A stretch of 64,000 bases of DNA from positions 20,898,196 through 20,962,195 of the forward strand of contig JASCQW010000154.1 of assembly GCA_030264375.1 (NCBI GenBank), read 5' to 3'. Numbering within the stretch: position 1 is the first letter of the stretch; each line of letters opens with the position of its first letter. Position numbers and translations under genes: made by a program. Under the pieces are notes generated by a model that was not told the origin of the DNA, ran no database searches, and was given only the letters and a program-made list of their open reading frames with translations. This document shows positions 52,133-64,000 of the stretch, in pieces. The stretch is from Carcharhinus longimanus (taxonomy: Eukaryota).

Positions 52133-52438
52133 AAGTTTATTTATTAGTGTCACAAGTGGGTTTACATTAATACTGCAATGAAGTTACTATGAAAATCCCC
52201 TAATCATCACATTCCAGCACCTATTCGGCAACACTGAGGAAGAATTTAGCATGGCCAATGCACCTAAACCGGCAGGTCTTTCAGAGTATGGGAGGGAACT
52301 GGAGCACCTGGAGGAAACCCATGAAGGCATCGGGAGAACATGCAGACTCCGCACTGACAGTGACCCAAGCCAGTAAACGAACCTGGATTCTGGCGTTGTG
52401 AGGCAGTATGTGCTAATCACTGTCTCACTGAGCTGCCC
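52133..52438 (-). mobile_element. SINE, variant-tail subfamily, full length
   Basis: aagtttatttattagtgtcacaagt...gaggaagaatttagcatggccaatgcacct...gtgaggcagtatgtgctaa. Confidence 0.9.
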
Positions 52439-52589
52439 AGGGCATGTTCTGACCAATTTTGTTTCTTTCCACAATTTCTACTTCGGAATTTAACAGGATT
52501 CTCTTTAATTTACTCAATTCAATTCCAGAACTTGAACACCTGACAGTGGTTGTCACTTCTAATTCAATACTCTAGGAATGTTATATTGG

Positions 52590-52855
52590 CAAAGTTACCA
52601 TCTTTTGTATATGGCATTAATCTAAGGTCCTATCTGTCAATTTAGATGGATTTAAAAGATCCCACTGCAATCAAAGGGTGGGCATCTCGTGGCTAGCATT
52701 CTTCCCTCAAAAACGTATACCCAAGACAGACTCAACTGTCATTCATCAGGCTGGTGTGTGGAACTTCACAATGTATAAATTGGCTGCTGTGCTTGCCCAT
52801 AACTCAACAAGTATACTCCATAAATAATTATTTAGCTGTAAAGTCTTAAGGATAT
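52590..52855 (+). mobile_element. Old Deu-domain-like SINE
   Basis: gatggatttaaaagatccca...aaattggctgctgtg...agctgtaaag, resembling SacSINE1/AmnSINE1 blocks (from memory). Confidence 0.55.
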
Positions 52856-53225
52856 GTTTTGCTCCCATCATCTCCCAACCCCCAAAAGTTTGCAGTGCTA
52901 TCGGGAAAAGGCAGAGGAGAGGGACTTACAGAATAGCTCTTTCAAAGAGCTAGTAAAGGTACAAATGGATTGAATTCCTCCTTTTGCCTATATTATCTAT
53001 AACCTCGAAGAGACTGTAGAAATGCAAGGTGATTCATATTACTGGATGATTATTACAAAAATATATCTACTTTTAAATCTTGTCATGCCATCCTGCAACA
53101 CTCTTGCATCATAGCAATATTATGGTAAAGCAGTCAAACAATTGTTTAACAAAATTGTGTGATTCATTTGTACATTGCAGATGAGTAACAGGGAAGTTCT
53201 GACATTAATTTGTTGTTTCTCTTAC

Positions 53226-53440
53226 CTTAAGTTGGATTTGTTGTTGGTACTGTTTCTGTTTCTCCAAAAACTGCTGGTGCTGTTGCTGCATTACCAGCTG
53301 CTGTAAGGCTTGTGGACTCTGGGGTAAAGGAGCTGATTGGGTCCGACTTAGTGGGCGGTGCCGAGGCAACTTATTCACTGTTCGAAGATTGGTGGAAACT
53401 CTTTCACCTGTCACCAATGGCGATTGCGCATGGAGTGGCA
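53226..53440 (-). CDS. HDAC5: HDAC5 exon: [72 protein letters not shown] (14-3-3 site RTQSAP)
   Basis: Acceptor acttag, donor gtaaga; 215 nt, phase 1 to 0; overlaps ORF 53205..53441. Confidence 0.96.
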
Positions 53441-54219
53441 CTAAGTCACAGAAATATCATTGTTACTCTTTTACCATAATGTTTGCACATTTGAAATTTT
53501 CCATGACCTATGCTGCAATATTCCAGGTACTGATAGATGAAGTTATGTGAAGTTGACAGCTTCACTTCTGACTTTAGAAACAGAATCAATCACAAGCAGC
53601 ATTTTAAAATTGGTAAAGCAGTACTATAAAACATGAACAGTTCCTACAGATTGAAGAGTAGTGAAAGGTTTAATAATCACACAAGTTTAAAAATCACATC
53701 AACTGAATCATGTATCTCAGTCACACAGCAAAAGCTATGTGCAAACCACAGGTCTTGATTAAAGCAGACCTAGATAAGAGTCAAGGATCATTTAATTGAA
53801 CAATGTGCAGCCCTTGTTTGTTCATTAGAACAAGGAACAATGGAAAGGGAGGTTGATACACCATTGGTCAGAGGTATAGCTATCATTACTTAATTTTATA
53901 ACACGCACAAGTTATAATTGAACATTATATCCTATGTTTGCATGATGTAACCTTAATCAATAACTGTGACTGGATAGCAATAACTCCTACACTTGGATTG
54001 GTATATGCTAATTATGTGTAACTGATTTTGAAACTAATAATTGCTCATGTATTTCTGAATGCAACACACTGGTTGATCTTAAAGATTTAGTCAGAGTCCA
54101 GTAGCTACAGTAACAAATCATCTTAAGCCACTCTGTGATTTTGTTTGTCTACTTGAGGAGATCAACAGCTTTAAATACAACAAGAAAAACATTGTGACAG
54201 CCCCGTAACAGGCAGTTAG

Positions 54220-55990
54220 TGTAATCCCACTATTTAAAAGGGAGTTAGAGAGAAAACAGGGAATTATAGACCAGTCAGCTTGACGGTAGTGGGGAAAACT
54301 CTAGATTCATTATAAAGGCTTTAATAACAAAGCACTTGGAAAACAGTGATAGGATCGGATGGAGTCAGTACGGATTTACAAAAGGGAAATCATGCTTAAC
54401 AAATCTACTGAAATTCTTTGAGATGTAACTAATGGATTTGATGAAGGGGAACCGGTGGATGTCGTTTAATTGAACTGTCAGTAAATTTTTGACAAGGTCC
54501 CATGTAACAGTTAGTGTGTAAAATTATATCAACATCTAAAACTTAAAGCGCATGGGATTGGGAATAGTGTATTGAGNNNNNNNNNNNNNNNNNNNNNNNN
54601 NNNNNNNNNNNNNNNNNNNNNNNNNNNNNNNNNNNNNNNNNNNNNNNNNNNNNNNNNNNNNNNNNNNNNNNNNNNNGATAGTAAACTAGCTGGCAGACAG
54701 GAGACAACGAGTAGAAATGAACAGGTCTTTTTGGCACACGGTGGCACAATTGTTAGCCTCACAGTGCTAAGTGGGGGACAGTGACTAGTGGGTTATCATA
54801 GAGAACAACAGTATTATGACTCCAGCAGTCACAATATATATTAATGATTTAGAATCATAGAATCTCCACCATGCAGAAAGAGGGCATTTGGCTCATCATG
54901 TCTGCACTTCTAGACAGAGGATCCCACCCAGTCCCTTTCTCGTAACCCCACATATTTACCTTACTAATCCTCCTAACCAACAAATATTGGGACACTAAGG
55001 AGCAATTTAGCGTGGCCAATCCATCTAACCTGCACATCCTCGCACTCTGGGAGGAAACCCATGCAGACACAGGGCAAATGTGGAAACTCCACACAAACAG
55101 CCACCCTAGGCCAGAATTGAACCCAGATCTCTGGCGCTGTGAGGCAGCAGTGCTAACCACTGATTTAAATGAGGAAACTAAATGTAATATCTCAAAATTT
55201 GCAGATGACACAAAGCTGGATGGGAGGGTGAATTCTGAGGATACAAAGATACTTTGGTACAATTTGGACAGGTTGAGTGAATGGGCAAATGCATGAAAGA
55301 ACTAGTAAAAGGTGGATAAATGTGAAGTTGTCTACATTGGTAGAAAAAAATAGATTAACAGAGGGGAATGAGCAACTGGGTGACTTTGAACACCTGGTGC
55401 TGAAACTAAGCATGCAGGTGCAGCAGGTGGTGAATGAGACAAATGTTTGTTGGTCTTCATAGGGAAAGAGTCGGGCATCTTGCTGCATTTATATAGGGCC
55501 ATGGTGAAACCACGTTCGTGTGTAGTTTTGGTCATTCTTGCTACGGAGGTTGGGCAGCGAAGGTTTATAATATCGATTCCTGGGATGGCGGGACTAATAT
55601 ATGAGGAGAGATCAAATCTCATTATATTCATTGGAGTTTAGAAAAATTAGGGGAGGGTGAGGGAGGTCTCATAGAAACTTAAATTCTAACAGGACTAGTC
55701 AGGGTAGATGCAAGAAGGATGCTCCCATGGTGGGGATGTCACAGCGTAAGGATCCAGGGTAAACCATTTAGGACTAAGATGAAGAGAAATTTCTCCACCC
55801 AGAGAGTGGTGAGCCTGTGGAATTATTGACCACAGAAAGCAGTTGAGGCCAAAACATTGTATGTTTTCAAGGAATTCGTTATAGCTCTTGGGGCGAAAGG
55901 AATTAAAGGGTATATGGGCAAAACAAGAACAGGATGCTGAATTGGATGATCAGCCTTGATCATAATGCATGTTGAAGCAGGCTGGAAGAG
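54220..55990 (+). mobile_element. CR1 (HER1-like) LINE, RT to 3' end, with nested SINE
   Basis: gggaattatagaccagtcagcttgac (GNYRPVSLT); aaagggaaatcatgcttaacaaatcta (KGKSCLTNL); ISKFADDTKL in ORF 55012..55296. Confidence 0.9.
54851..55160 (-). mobile_element. HE1-type SINE nested in CR1
   Basis: Reverse complement of the consensus; tgattta flanks both sides (TSD-like). Confidence 0.88.
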
Positions 55991-56134
55991 TCAAATGCTG
56001 TTTATGATTTATAATTTTATTAAATATTAAAAGAAGTATCTGAATGTTGCTCCCTCTTTCAGTAAGTGTAACAGCATAAATTAAAGTCTGAGTTAACAAA
56101 CTGTTCTTACAATACTTAAAAGACAATACTCTCA

Positions 56135-56490
56135 ATAAAGAACATAAGAAATAGGAGCAGGAGTAGGCCATCTAGCCCCTCGAGCCTGCCCTGCCATTCA
56201 ACAAGATCATGGCTNNNNNNNNNNNNNNNNNNNNNNNNNNNNNNNNNNNNNNNNNNNNNNNNNNNNNNNNNNNNNNNNNNNNNNNNNNNNNNNNNNNNNN
56301 NNNNNNNNNNNNNNCTACTCTTAGCTACTCTAAACGCATCCGCTTTTAATTTAACACTTTCCTTTACCTCCTTCGTTATCCATGGCTGATTGTCTCTCCT
56401 CCTACGATCCTTTTTAACCATTGGAATAAATTTCTGTTGAGCATCAAGAAAGATCTCCTTAAAGATCCTCCACTGTTCCTCAGCAGACCT
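56135..56490 (-). mobile_element. Young CR1 3' end and upstream fragment across a gap
   Basis: Tail aagaacataagaaataggagcaggagtaggcc; ORF 56116..56421 has QPWITKEVKESVKLK. Confidence 0.8.
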
Positions 56491-56496
56491 ACCTAA

Positions 56497-56543
56497 AGAC
56501 CTAAAGCTGAATTAATTAGCAGACCTAAAGCTGAATTAATTAG
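56497..56543. repeat. Tandem duplication, 24-bp unit x2
   Basis: agacctaaagctgaattaattag occurs twice. Confidence 0.85.
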
Positions 56544-57002
56544 TAGAGAAAAAGAAACCTAAACTACATTTATTTTTTCATGGGCCTATAATTTGCACAT
56601 AATTCTAAAGCCCACAGAGATATTATATTCGATTAAAGTTCAACATGATAGATGAACACTTGGTAAGGTATCAGGTATGGTAGCTAGTTGCATGTTTGAT
56701 GAATGTATTTAATTTCAATTATATATGGCCATTGATGCTGATTGAACCTTTTTTACATTTAGACAGAAATTTTAAAAAACATATAGGATTATTTACCTAC
56801 ATGAGATTCATGCAATAATTTTGGACTTCCAAGTACAAGTGACATGTTTGCCATTTGCATGTATTATTTCGTTAAGAAAACTGCCCTTTCTTGCATGTTC
56901 CATTAACAAGGCATAATGTTGATATTATCACGAGTTTATTTAGCAGCGCTGTGTCACAGGCTCAAAAGGTTTGCTTTAGAATTGTCAATTAACTACACGA
57001 CC

Positions 57003-57252
57003 AGGGGTGCACAGTAGTTAGCACTGCTGCCTCATAACACTAGAGACCCAGGTTTGAGTCACTGAATGTGTGGAATCTGCATGTTCTCCCCGTGACTGCG
57101 TGGGTTTCCTCTTCCAGTCTGAAAGACGTGGTTAGGTACATTGGCCAGACCAAATTCTCCCTCAGTGTCCCCGAACAGGCAGTGGAGTGTGGCGACTGGG
57201 GGATTTTCACAGTAACTTCATTGCAGCCTACTTGTGACTAATAAATAAACTT
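57003..57252 (+). mobile_element. SINE, variant-tail subfamily, with internal deletions
   Basis: gcacagtagttagcactgctgcctc...ttctccctcagtgtccccgaacagg...cttgtgactaataaataaac. Confidence 0.88.
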
Positions 57253-57544
57253 ATATTTCCTCACTAATTTACAATATTTATTCAACGGATTGCTTGTACT
57301 TCCTTTTGTTAATTTAACAATAGTATAGTCACTTCAGATTTTCACTGTACCTAGAATTACAGAAGGAGTCAATTACAATTCAGTTTATAAAAGTGGTAGC
57401 GAGTTATCTGAGCTACCACTTCATGAGTTCTTGCAGAGGAAAAAAAAATCAAATTTATGGCCAAAAACAGGATTAAGATTCCAGTTGTTGACTCAGCAAT
57501 AAAATGTCTTCCAGAATTAAAGATCGAATGTGAATAAAATAATT

Positions 57545-57670
57545 GAACGATCTTCCAACAGAAACTTGACCTGAAATGTTAACTCTGCTTCTCTCCACAG
57601 ACCTGTTGAGTATTCACAAAAGTTCTTGTTTTTATTTTGGCCTGCCAGCATCCACTGTATTTTGCTTTTG
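57545..57670 (+). mobile_element. Penelope-like terminal fragment
   Basis: gacctgaaatgttaactctgcttctctccacagacctgttgagtatt. Confidence 0.6.
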
Positions 57671-58184
57671 CAATGGAGAGATTTGGAGTAGCTCGTGACA
57701 TTTTTGTCTTTTGAGAGTCACTTCTTGACTCGTTGCATAAAATGGGCTGTTAGGCCAAGGCAAAGTGAGTTTAATGCTTTATCACTTTGGATAGGTTTTC
57801 AAAATGGCAAGTGCTCACTTCAACACAGATGGGACAGAAATATCAGTGGAGCTAATAAATATGCAAATGAAAGTACAGGACTTATCTACTTATGAAGCAA
57901 TTCATGAATAAATACACAAAAAAGTTATTATATCACATTTCCCCATGAAATTAATACTTCATCCCACAGTTTCTGAGAGTATTCTGTATTGATTGCCTTA
58001 TCAGGTATCTGGAGTCATACCTTAAAAATATTATGGTATGCAAAAGAATTACAAACATTATAAACTACACACTCGGCAGTTATAAACTTAACAACCATCA
58101 ATTTGGGACTTTGTCTCTCTCGGATTTTTGTTTTGTCACACATTTTCTAAATACACTCTGAAGACTTCAGTAAAAACTATTCAC

Positions 58185-58407
58185 CAGCTATCAAAGCATT
58201 TTGCTGTCGAGCTTGTTCCAGTAGCAGCACATGTTGGAGAAGAGAGGGGTGGCTGTGAGTGTTGGCTTCTCCTTCAATTGCCGTTGTGGACAAGCCAGAT
58301 GGTATTGAGGTTGTACTCACAAACTTCCCTGTTAAGGCACCACCCTGACGCAAAGACTGAATAGCTTGCCTTTCTGCTTCTTGTTGGGTTGACATCTTTT
58401 GTGAGGC
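58185..58407 (-). CDS. HDAC5: HDAC5 exon: ASQKMSTQQEAERQAIQSLRQGGALTGKFVSTTSIP...SLLQHVLLLEQARQQNALIA
   Basis: Acceptor ttatag, donor gtgaat; 223 nt, phase 0 to 1; overlaps ORF 58177..58395. Confidence 0.95.
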
Positions 58408-58929
58408 CTATAAATGGGGGAAAGAAGATTCAATTAACCAAACAAAATCAAATTAAATTCTGTAATAGGACGCGTGTTTTTTTTCCCATTCCACCCATTA
58501 ACACAGTTTTACTCAGAAGTGCTTTATAGTGCATTGTTTCCAGGCTTAAGTTTATGGCAGGCAGAAAAGGATGAAGAAACAAAAAGAATAAAGACCAAAA
58601 TAAAGACTGTAGAAGAAATAAAATAGGAAAACCACAACAAAACATTTTGATATTGGGGAAGCCTAGTAGACAATTAAGAATATCTAGGCCATCCATCTAT
58701 AAGAAAATTCCATAGTGGAGAGATAGCATGAAAGTCTATTATCAAAAGAATAGGCCTACATTTGCACCTTATCCAAATTTCATAGGGTGGGGTTATAAAA
58801 TATCAGGATATGAGGCAGCTACCCCTGTACTTAATGTATCTTCTTTTTTATCCCTGACATTATAAGAAACATTGAATGTTCTAAATTGTGACATATAGTC
58901 ACAAAAAAAATTTCAATTAAAAGGTCAAG

Positions 58930-60385
58930 ATAATGGGCCTTTATTATTAAAGAAGTAATTGCAGCACATTTGGAAAATCATAATCCAATCAAGCAGCGTC
59001 AGCATGGCTTCATGAAAGGGAAATCGTATCTGACCAATTTATTAGAGTTTTTTGAGGAAGTCTTAACCTGAGTGGACACAGGAAACCAGATGTATTGTAT
59101 TTGGACTTCCAGAAAGCATTCAACAAGGTACCTCACAAAAGGCTAAGAGCCCAAGTTTTGGAGTTGTATATGGGAATGGATAGAGAATTGGTTATTGGGA
59201 AGAAACCAGCAAGCAGGGATAAGGGTTTTTTTTCCAGTTGGCAACCTGTAACAACTGAGGTTCAACAGGGATCAGTGCTGGGACGGCAAATGTTTACAAT
59301 ATATGTTCATTGCTTGGAGAAGGAAGCAGACAACACAAAAATCAGTGGAAAGGCAAGTTGCAAGAGGGTTACAAACATTTACAAAGAAATATTGGTAGGT
59401 TAAGTCAGTGGGCAAAAAGTTGGCAAATGGAGTATTTATAATGTGAAGTTCATTTTGGAAGGGAGAACAAAAGAATAACGTATTATTTAGATGGTGAAAA
59501 ACTTAAGAAAGCTGCAATACAAAAAGACTTGAGGGTACTTGTGCACGAAACACAGAAAGCTAACACACAGGTGCAGCATGTAATCAAGGCAGCTAATGGA
59601 ATGTTGGCCCTTACTTCAAGGGGGTTGGAACAAGGAGGTTGCTGCAACTGTACAAGGTACGAGAGCACATCTAAAGTACTGTTGCCAGTTTTGGTCCCCT
59701 TATGTTATTTCACTGGAGGCAGTTCAGAGAAGACTCACTAGATGATCCTCATTATGGAGGAATTGTCTTATGAAGAAAGATTAAGCTGGTTGGGACTCTA
59801 CTCATTGGAATTTAGATCTCATTGAAACATATTAGATTCTTAAGAACATAAGAAATAGGAGCAGAAGTAGGCCATCTAGACCTTCGAGCCTGCCCCGCCA
59901 TTCAATAAGATCATGGCTGATCTGTCGTAGCTCAGTTCCACATTTCCGCCCTCTCCCCATAACCCTTAATCCCCTCGCTTATCAAAAACCCATCAACCCG
60001 CGTCTTNNNNNNNNNNNNNNNNNNNNNNNNNNNNNNNNNNNNNNNNNNNNNNNNNNNNNNNNNNNNNNNNNNNNNNNNNNNNNNNNNNNNNNNNNNNNNN
60101 NNNNNNATGATCTTATTGAATGGCGGGGCAGGTTCAAAGGGCTAGATGGCCTACTCCTGCTCCTATTTCTTATGTTCTTATGAGACACTTTGGAACTCCT
60201 TGCCACAGAGAGCTGTGGGGGCAGAGTCCTGTGTATATTTAAGGCTGAAAAATAGACTTTTATCAGTAAGGGAATCAAGTGTTAGAGGTAAAGGACAGAA
60301 AAGTGAACGTGAGGAATGTTGGGTCAGTCATGATCCTATTGAATGACGGAGCAAACTCAAGGGGCTGTTCCTATTTCTTATGGTC
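58930..60385 (+). mobile_element. CR1 LINE, RT to 3' end, interrupted by an inverted pair of younger CR1 tails (59841-60181)
   Basis: cagcatggcttcatgaaagggaaatcg (QHGFMKGKS); YLDFQKAFNKVPHKRL and EVQQGSVLG in ORF 59095..59403. Confidence 0.9.
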
Positions 60386-60786
60386 AAGTACCTCCAAACA
60401 CTATGTAATTTAATGCACTGGTTTATTGGAAAGAAAATACAACTTGCAATCTGACTAACTTTTTTGACAATTACTTAAATGGGGTATTGTTACATTGGTT
60501 TAAGGCTCTTAGTACTGGTTCATTCTGTGCATAGTCCACACAAATTACTCGGCAAAATACTACAGAAACACAAAGTAGCAAAGCCAGCTTTTCCTGATCT
60601 CATTTACCACAAAGATCTAATGCTCTTGGTGTTTGCTGTTGCTCTAAGAGAATTTTTAATAATAAATTAAGGCCTGACAGTATTATTTTGATTAAAAATT
60701 ATAGCAACCAGAAGTGAACTAAAAGGGACAATCTTTAATTAACCCAATGAGATGAAGGGTTCAACAAAATAAAATTGTCTACTTAC

Positions 60787-60921
60787 ATTGATCTGTGCAT
60801 TGGATGCTGCGACTGTAGCTGGGAGCCCCAGGGAAATGTTAGGCAGTGAGGGGGATGTGTAGAGGCTGAGCTGACTTGCTGACCCATCAGTGTTCACTGC
60901 TTTCTGATGTGGGTGCATATG
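60787..60921 (-). CDS. HDAC5: HDAC5 exon: HMHPHQKAVNTDGSASQLSLYTSPSLPNISLGLPATVAASNAQIN
   Basis: Acceptor ccacag after a T-run, donor gtaagt; 135 nt, phase 0 to 0; LYTSPSLPNISLGL motif. Confidence 0.94.
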
Positions 60922-62014
60922 CTGTGGATAAAAAAAAATGTTCCTTGAGATTCTGTTTATTGACGAACTAACTTGACCCAGATACCAATGAACATCAGAA
61001 CCAACAATTAAAGTATATTAAGCTGCATGAGGTATTCATATTGCCAAATCAGAGAATGCACAGTACTAAAGATGCTATCTGTGGCAATCACTGGAAAACT
61101 CGAGTGTAGAGCTAAGCTTTACTTCACGGGAAAGTTTAAGTTTATTTAGAGGACTCAATACTGCTTTTTATATAAATCAGATATACACATTACAGTAGAA
61201 GACAGAATATTATGATTGCGCTCTGGGAAGAAGTAGACTTTCTGAACTTTGACCAAAAAGATTCAGACTAAAATATGCTGTAAACATGCTGTATAAACAA
61301 CACAGTACCCCTTGGAACAACTCTCCACTTGATACTAAGGGAAGAAAGTAGCTGGTAGTGCCCAGCTGCAGAATACAAGACAGCCTAAGACTATTGCTTC
61401 ATTATATTTTAACTTCAAGTCAGCTTTTGCAGAACTTCAGAACAACTACTGTTATGCTTACACACACCTAGGTTGCAGTTCAACTTTCATCGATCCAGTG
61501 TTCCTTTTCAGGAAGCAACAAAGCCAGCTTTCATAAGATTTTGACAAGACCTCTAGATATTTTGTTCTAATTCAGTACTTAATCCCCTGCAGCAATGAAA
61601 CTTTCATAAACACTTAATAATGACAAGCCATGGCACAAAATCATTTTTCTTGATATTAGAATGAGTCATCCTTAGTCAGAATGCATGATGGCACGCCTGA
61701 CATTTCAGAAACCTTCCTTCATTTTCTAAACATTTGCTCTCTACAGTAGTTTCAAGGTTAAATTATTTGTAAACAGTCCAAAATAATTGAGCTGAACATT
61801 GTAACAGTTCAGTGTAACAGATATAGGTGGTAAGCTGGGGGCAAATGAAAAATGCTTATTTGACCATGATATAATTTATTACTTGGTACTTGAATTGCCA
61901 AAACATTAAGTATGAACACAACTAGTAACACAATCACAACGCAAGAAAATTGATCATAAATCAGAAAACGTGTAGCTGAAATTTAGACTGTGCACTTGGT
62001 ATAGTGTAGGTTAG

Positions 62015-62097
62015 ATGGGCTTTAGATTGGTTTCACAGGTTGGCGCAACATCAAGGGCCAAAAGGCCTGTACTGCGCTGTAATGTTCTATGTTCTAT
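62015..62097 (+). mobile_element. CR1 extreme 3' tail
   Basis: ggcgcaacatcaagggccaaaaggcctgtactgcgctgtaatgttctatgttctatg. Confidence 0.75.
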
Positions 62098-63039
62098 GGT
62101 AGGAGAGAGCAGCATTAAAAAACTTTGAAATAATTTTTATTCCAAGTTATACAGTATTCAAGAAAGATCACAATTACTGACGTAACATTTCATTTAGGGA
62201 CAATAATCCATGGCAAATTAAACATAAATTCTGCTGCATTTTTGCTTTATTTTGTAACATTNNNNNNNNNNNNNNNNNNNNNNNNNNNNNNNNNNNNNNN
62301 NNNNNNNNNNNNNNNNNNNNNNNNNNNNNNNNNNNNNNNNNNNNNNNNNNNNNNNNNNNNNTGCATTTTTTCTTTATTTTGTAACATTTTCTCTAAATAT
62401 ATGACCGTACAAATTAAACTTAAGAGAGACTGATATGTCACATGAACATTAAACACATGACTCTGGGAAGTGGATTAGCGTATTGCCAAATGCAGCCCAA
62501 CCTCTGCAAAATGGGTTTGACCATTCTCAACTTTGTTTCTACTGGACACTATCCCAAAGCATACGGTTTACTGCAAACTGAAAATATATACTGGTGCAAC
62601 TAGTAATGGTATTCTATGGCTGGGGCTGATGTAGATTGGTGAGACAGAATAGAGTTTTATTTTAAAACAATTGCTCATAGTAGAAACTGAACATCTTCAA
62701 AACCTTTTTTAAAAACATAGTAGATAAAATCAGAATAATTCTGAAGCTTGGTACTGCATAATCCAGAATATTTGCTTTTTTTTTACTGTTACCTTCAAGG
62801 TTTTGATGAACCTTAACATGACTCTTGCAGCTCTTAGCATCTTCCAATCCTGAAAGCAGACTCTCAAAAGATCCTTTTCAACTGGAGCACTTATAATGAT
62901 ATAACTTAATTACTGTGAACACTTAATGCCAATACTAAAAATTTAATGCCTGCAGACTGCGAGAGCTTAAATAAAAGCTAGTTATGACAGGTTTGGAAAT
63001 AACTAGTTTCAAGATTTAAAAGTAGGCACAAGCTATTAC

Positions 63040-63152
63040 CTCAGCATGAATATTGGGTACAGAACCGGTTGTTCCGTTCTCTGCAGGAATATTGTTTGAA
63101 CTGTTCGGAGAGCTAGGGCCAGACCCAGGAGCACTGTTACATACTGAGGAAA
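63040..63152 (-). CDS. HDAC5: HDAC5 exon: (x)SSVCNSAPGSGPSSPNSSNNIPAENGTTGSVPNIHAE
   Basis: Acceptor tttcag, donor gtaata; 113 nt, phase 1 to 0; SAPGSGPSSPN motif of class IIa HDACs. Too short for the ORF track. Confidence 0.93.
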
Positions 63153-64000
63153 CTGAAACAATCAAAACAAAGAAACTAGCATCAAAGAAATAGCAGCCTC
63201 ATCACACTCTAGCTTAATGTTCAAGACCAAACAGCACAGGTTAAAACCCATCTCAAAAACATGCAATATTTGGACGGTAAATCAAGGGACAGCTCACCAT
63301 TTTCCAGAGAGCAACTCTCCAACTATTTTCACTAATGGATAGAAAATGAAAGTCTACCAAGTGGAGGTAGAAAATCCTATATACAATGATGATATTATTG
63401 ATGACAACCATTGTGGATGCCATAACTATTTTTTCTTGGTTTTATTTAATACAAGAATTACACTATAAAGTGGCACTGGAATAAATACCACTTTCGCAAG
63501 GTGAACTTTCTAGGGTGGTCAATAATTTAAAGCAGCAAAGTTTTCATAGCATGCTATTCAAACTCTAGAACTTGTCTGAAAACCCATTATGAATGACAGA
63601 ATATTCTGGTGGGGTAGCGTGACTTACATGCCATTTCAGTTTAATAAAAGGAACAGTTTTAAAAGAATTTGTCTGAACTCACTTAAAATATCACATGAAT
63701 TTTATTGCCATTATAATAGTCCGTGTAGGAATTTCCTCTTTATGAGGTTACTCCATTCATATTAATTACGAAAATTATGGCTCAAATACAAATTGTGGCA
63801 GTAGAGGTTTCAAATTAATCTGATTATTACCCTAGAGCTCTTCAACTTGGGAAGCAATATTATAGATGGAGAATGCAGATTTCTCAGACATGGCATAGTT
63901 TGAGGTTAGACAGCTTTGCAGTGTCTTGTCAGTTTAGCCGGAAGTTCGTCTGCAATACTTGGAATGGTACTGCTCCAGAGTCAACAGCGCACCACTGACA

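Noticed and set aside
63153-64000. Search for the preceding HDAC5 exon (ASEPNLK...RRKD)
   Set aside because: Not found; presumably beyond the window end. 63860-64000 could not be assigned.

Overview
Vertebrate genomic DNA: AT-rich, repeat-dense, with many N gaps. The repeats (HE1-type V-SINEs, HER1/CR1 LINEs, Penelope-like hairpins) point to a cartilaginous fish, most likely a shark. The window lies inside one minus-strand gene, a class IIa histone deacetylase that I recognise as HDAC5. Nine consecutive GT-AG coding exons are recoverable: 63040-63152, 60787-60921, 58185-58407, 53226-53440, 51372-51635, 32318-32498, 17872-18005, 13774-13894 and 13337-13386. They have compatible phases and cover the 14-3-3-site region and the start of the deacetylase domain. 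The rest is intron filled with transposon relics: about a dozen tRNA-derived SINEs, several CR1/L2/RTE LINE fragments, a decayed Ty1/copia-type element with both LTRs, two Harbinger transposase fossils, a probable solo LTR and a 1.2-kb foldback element. Fold-back Penelope-like termini carry hammerhead-ribozyme-like cores, and one encloses an inverted copy of neighbouring DNA. I found no convincing new protein-coding system; the best leads are RNA-structural or transposon-mechanistic. Family assignments come from recalled motifs, not database searches, and repeat boundaries are approximate.
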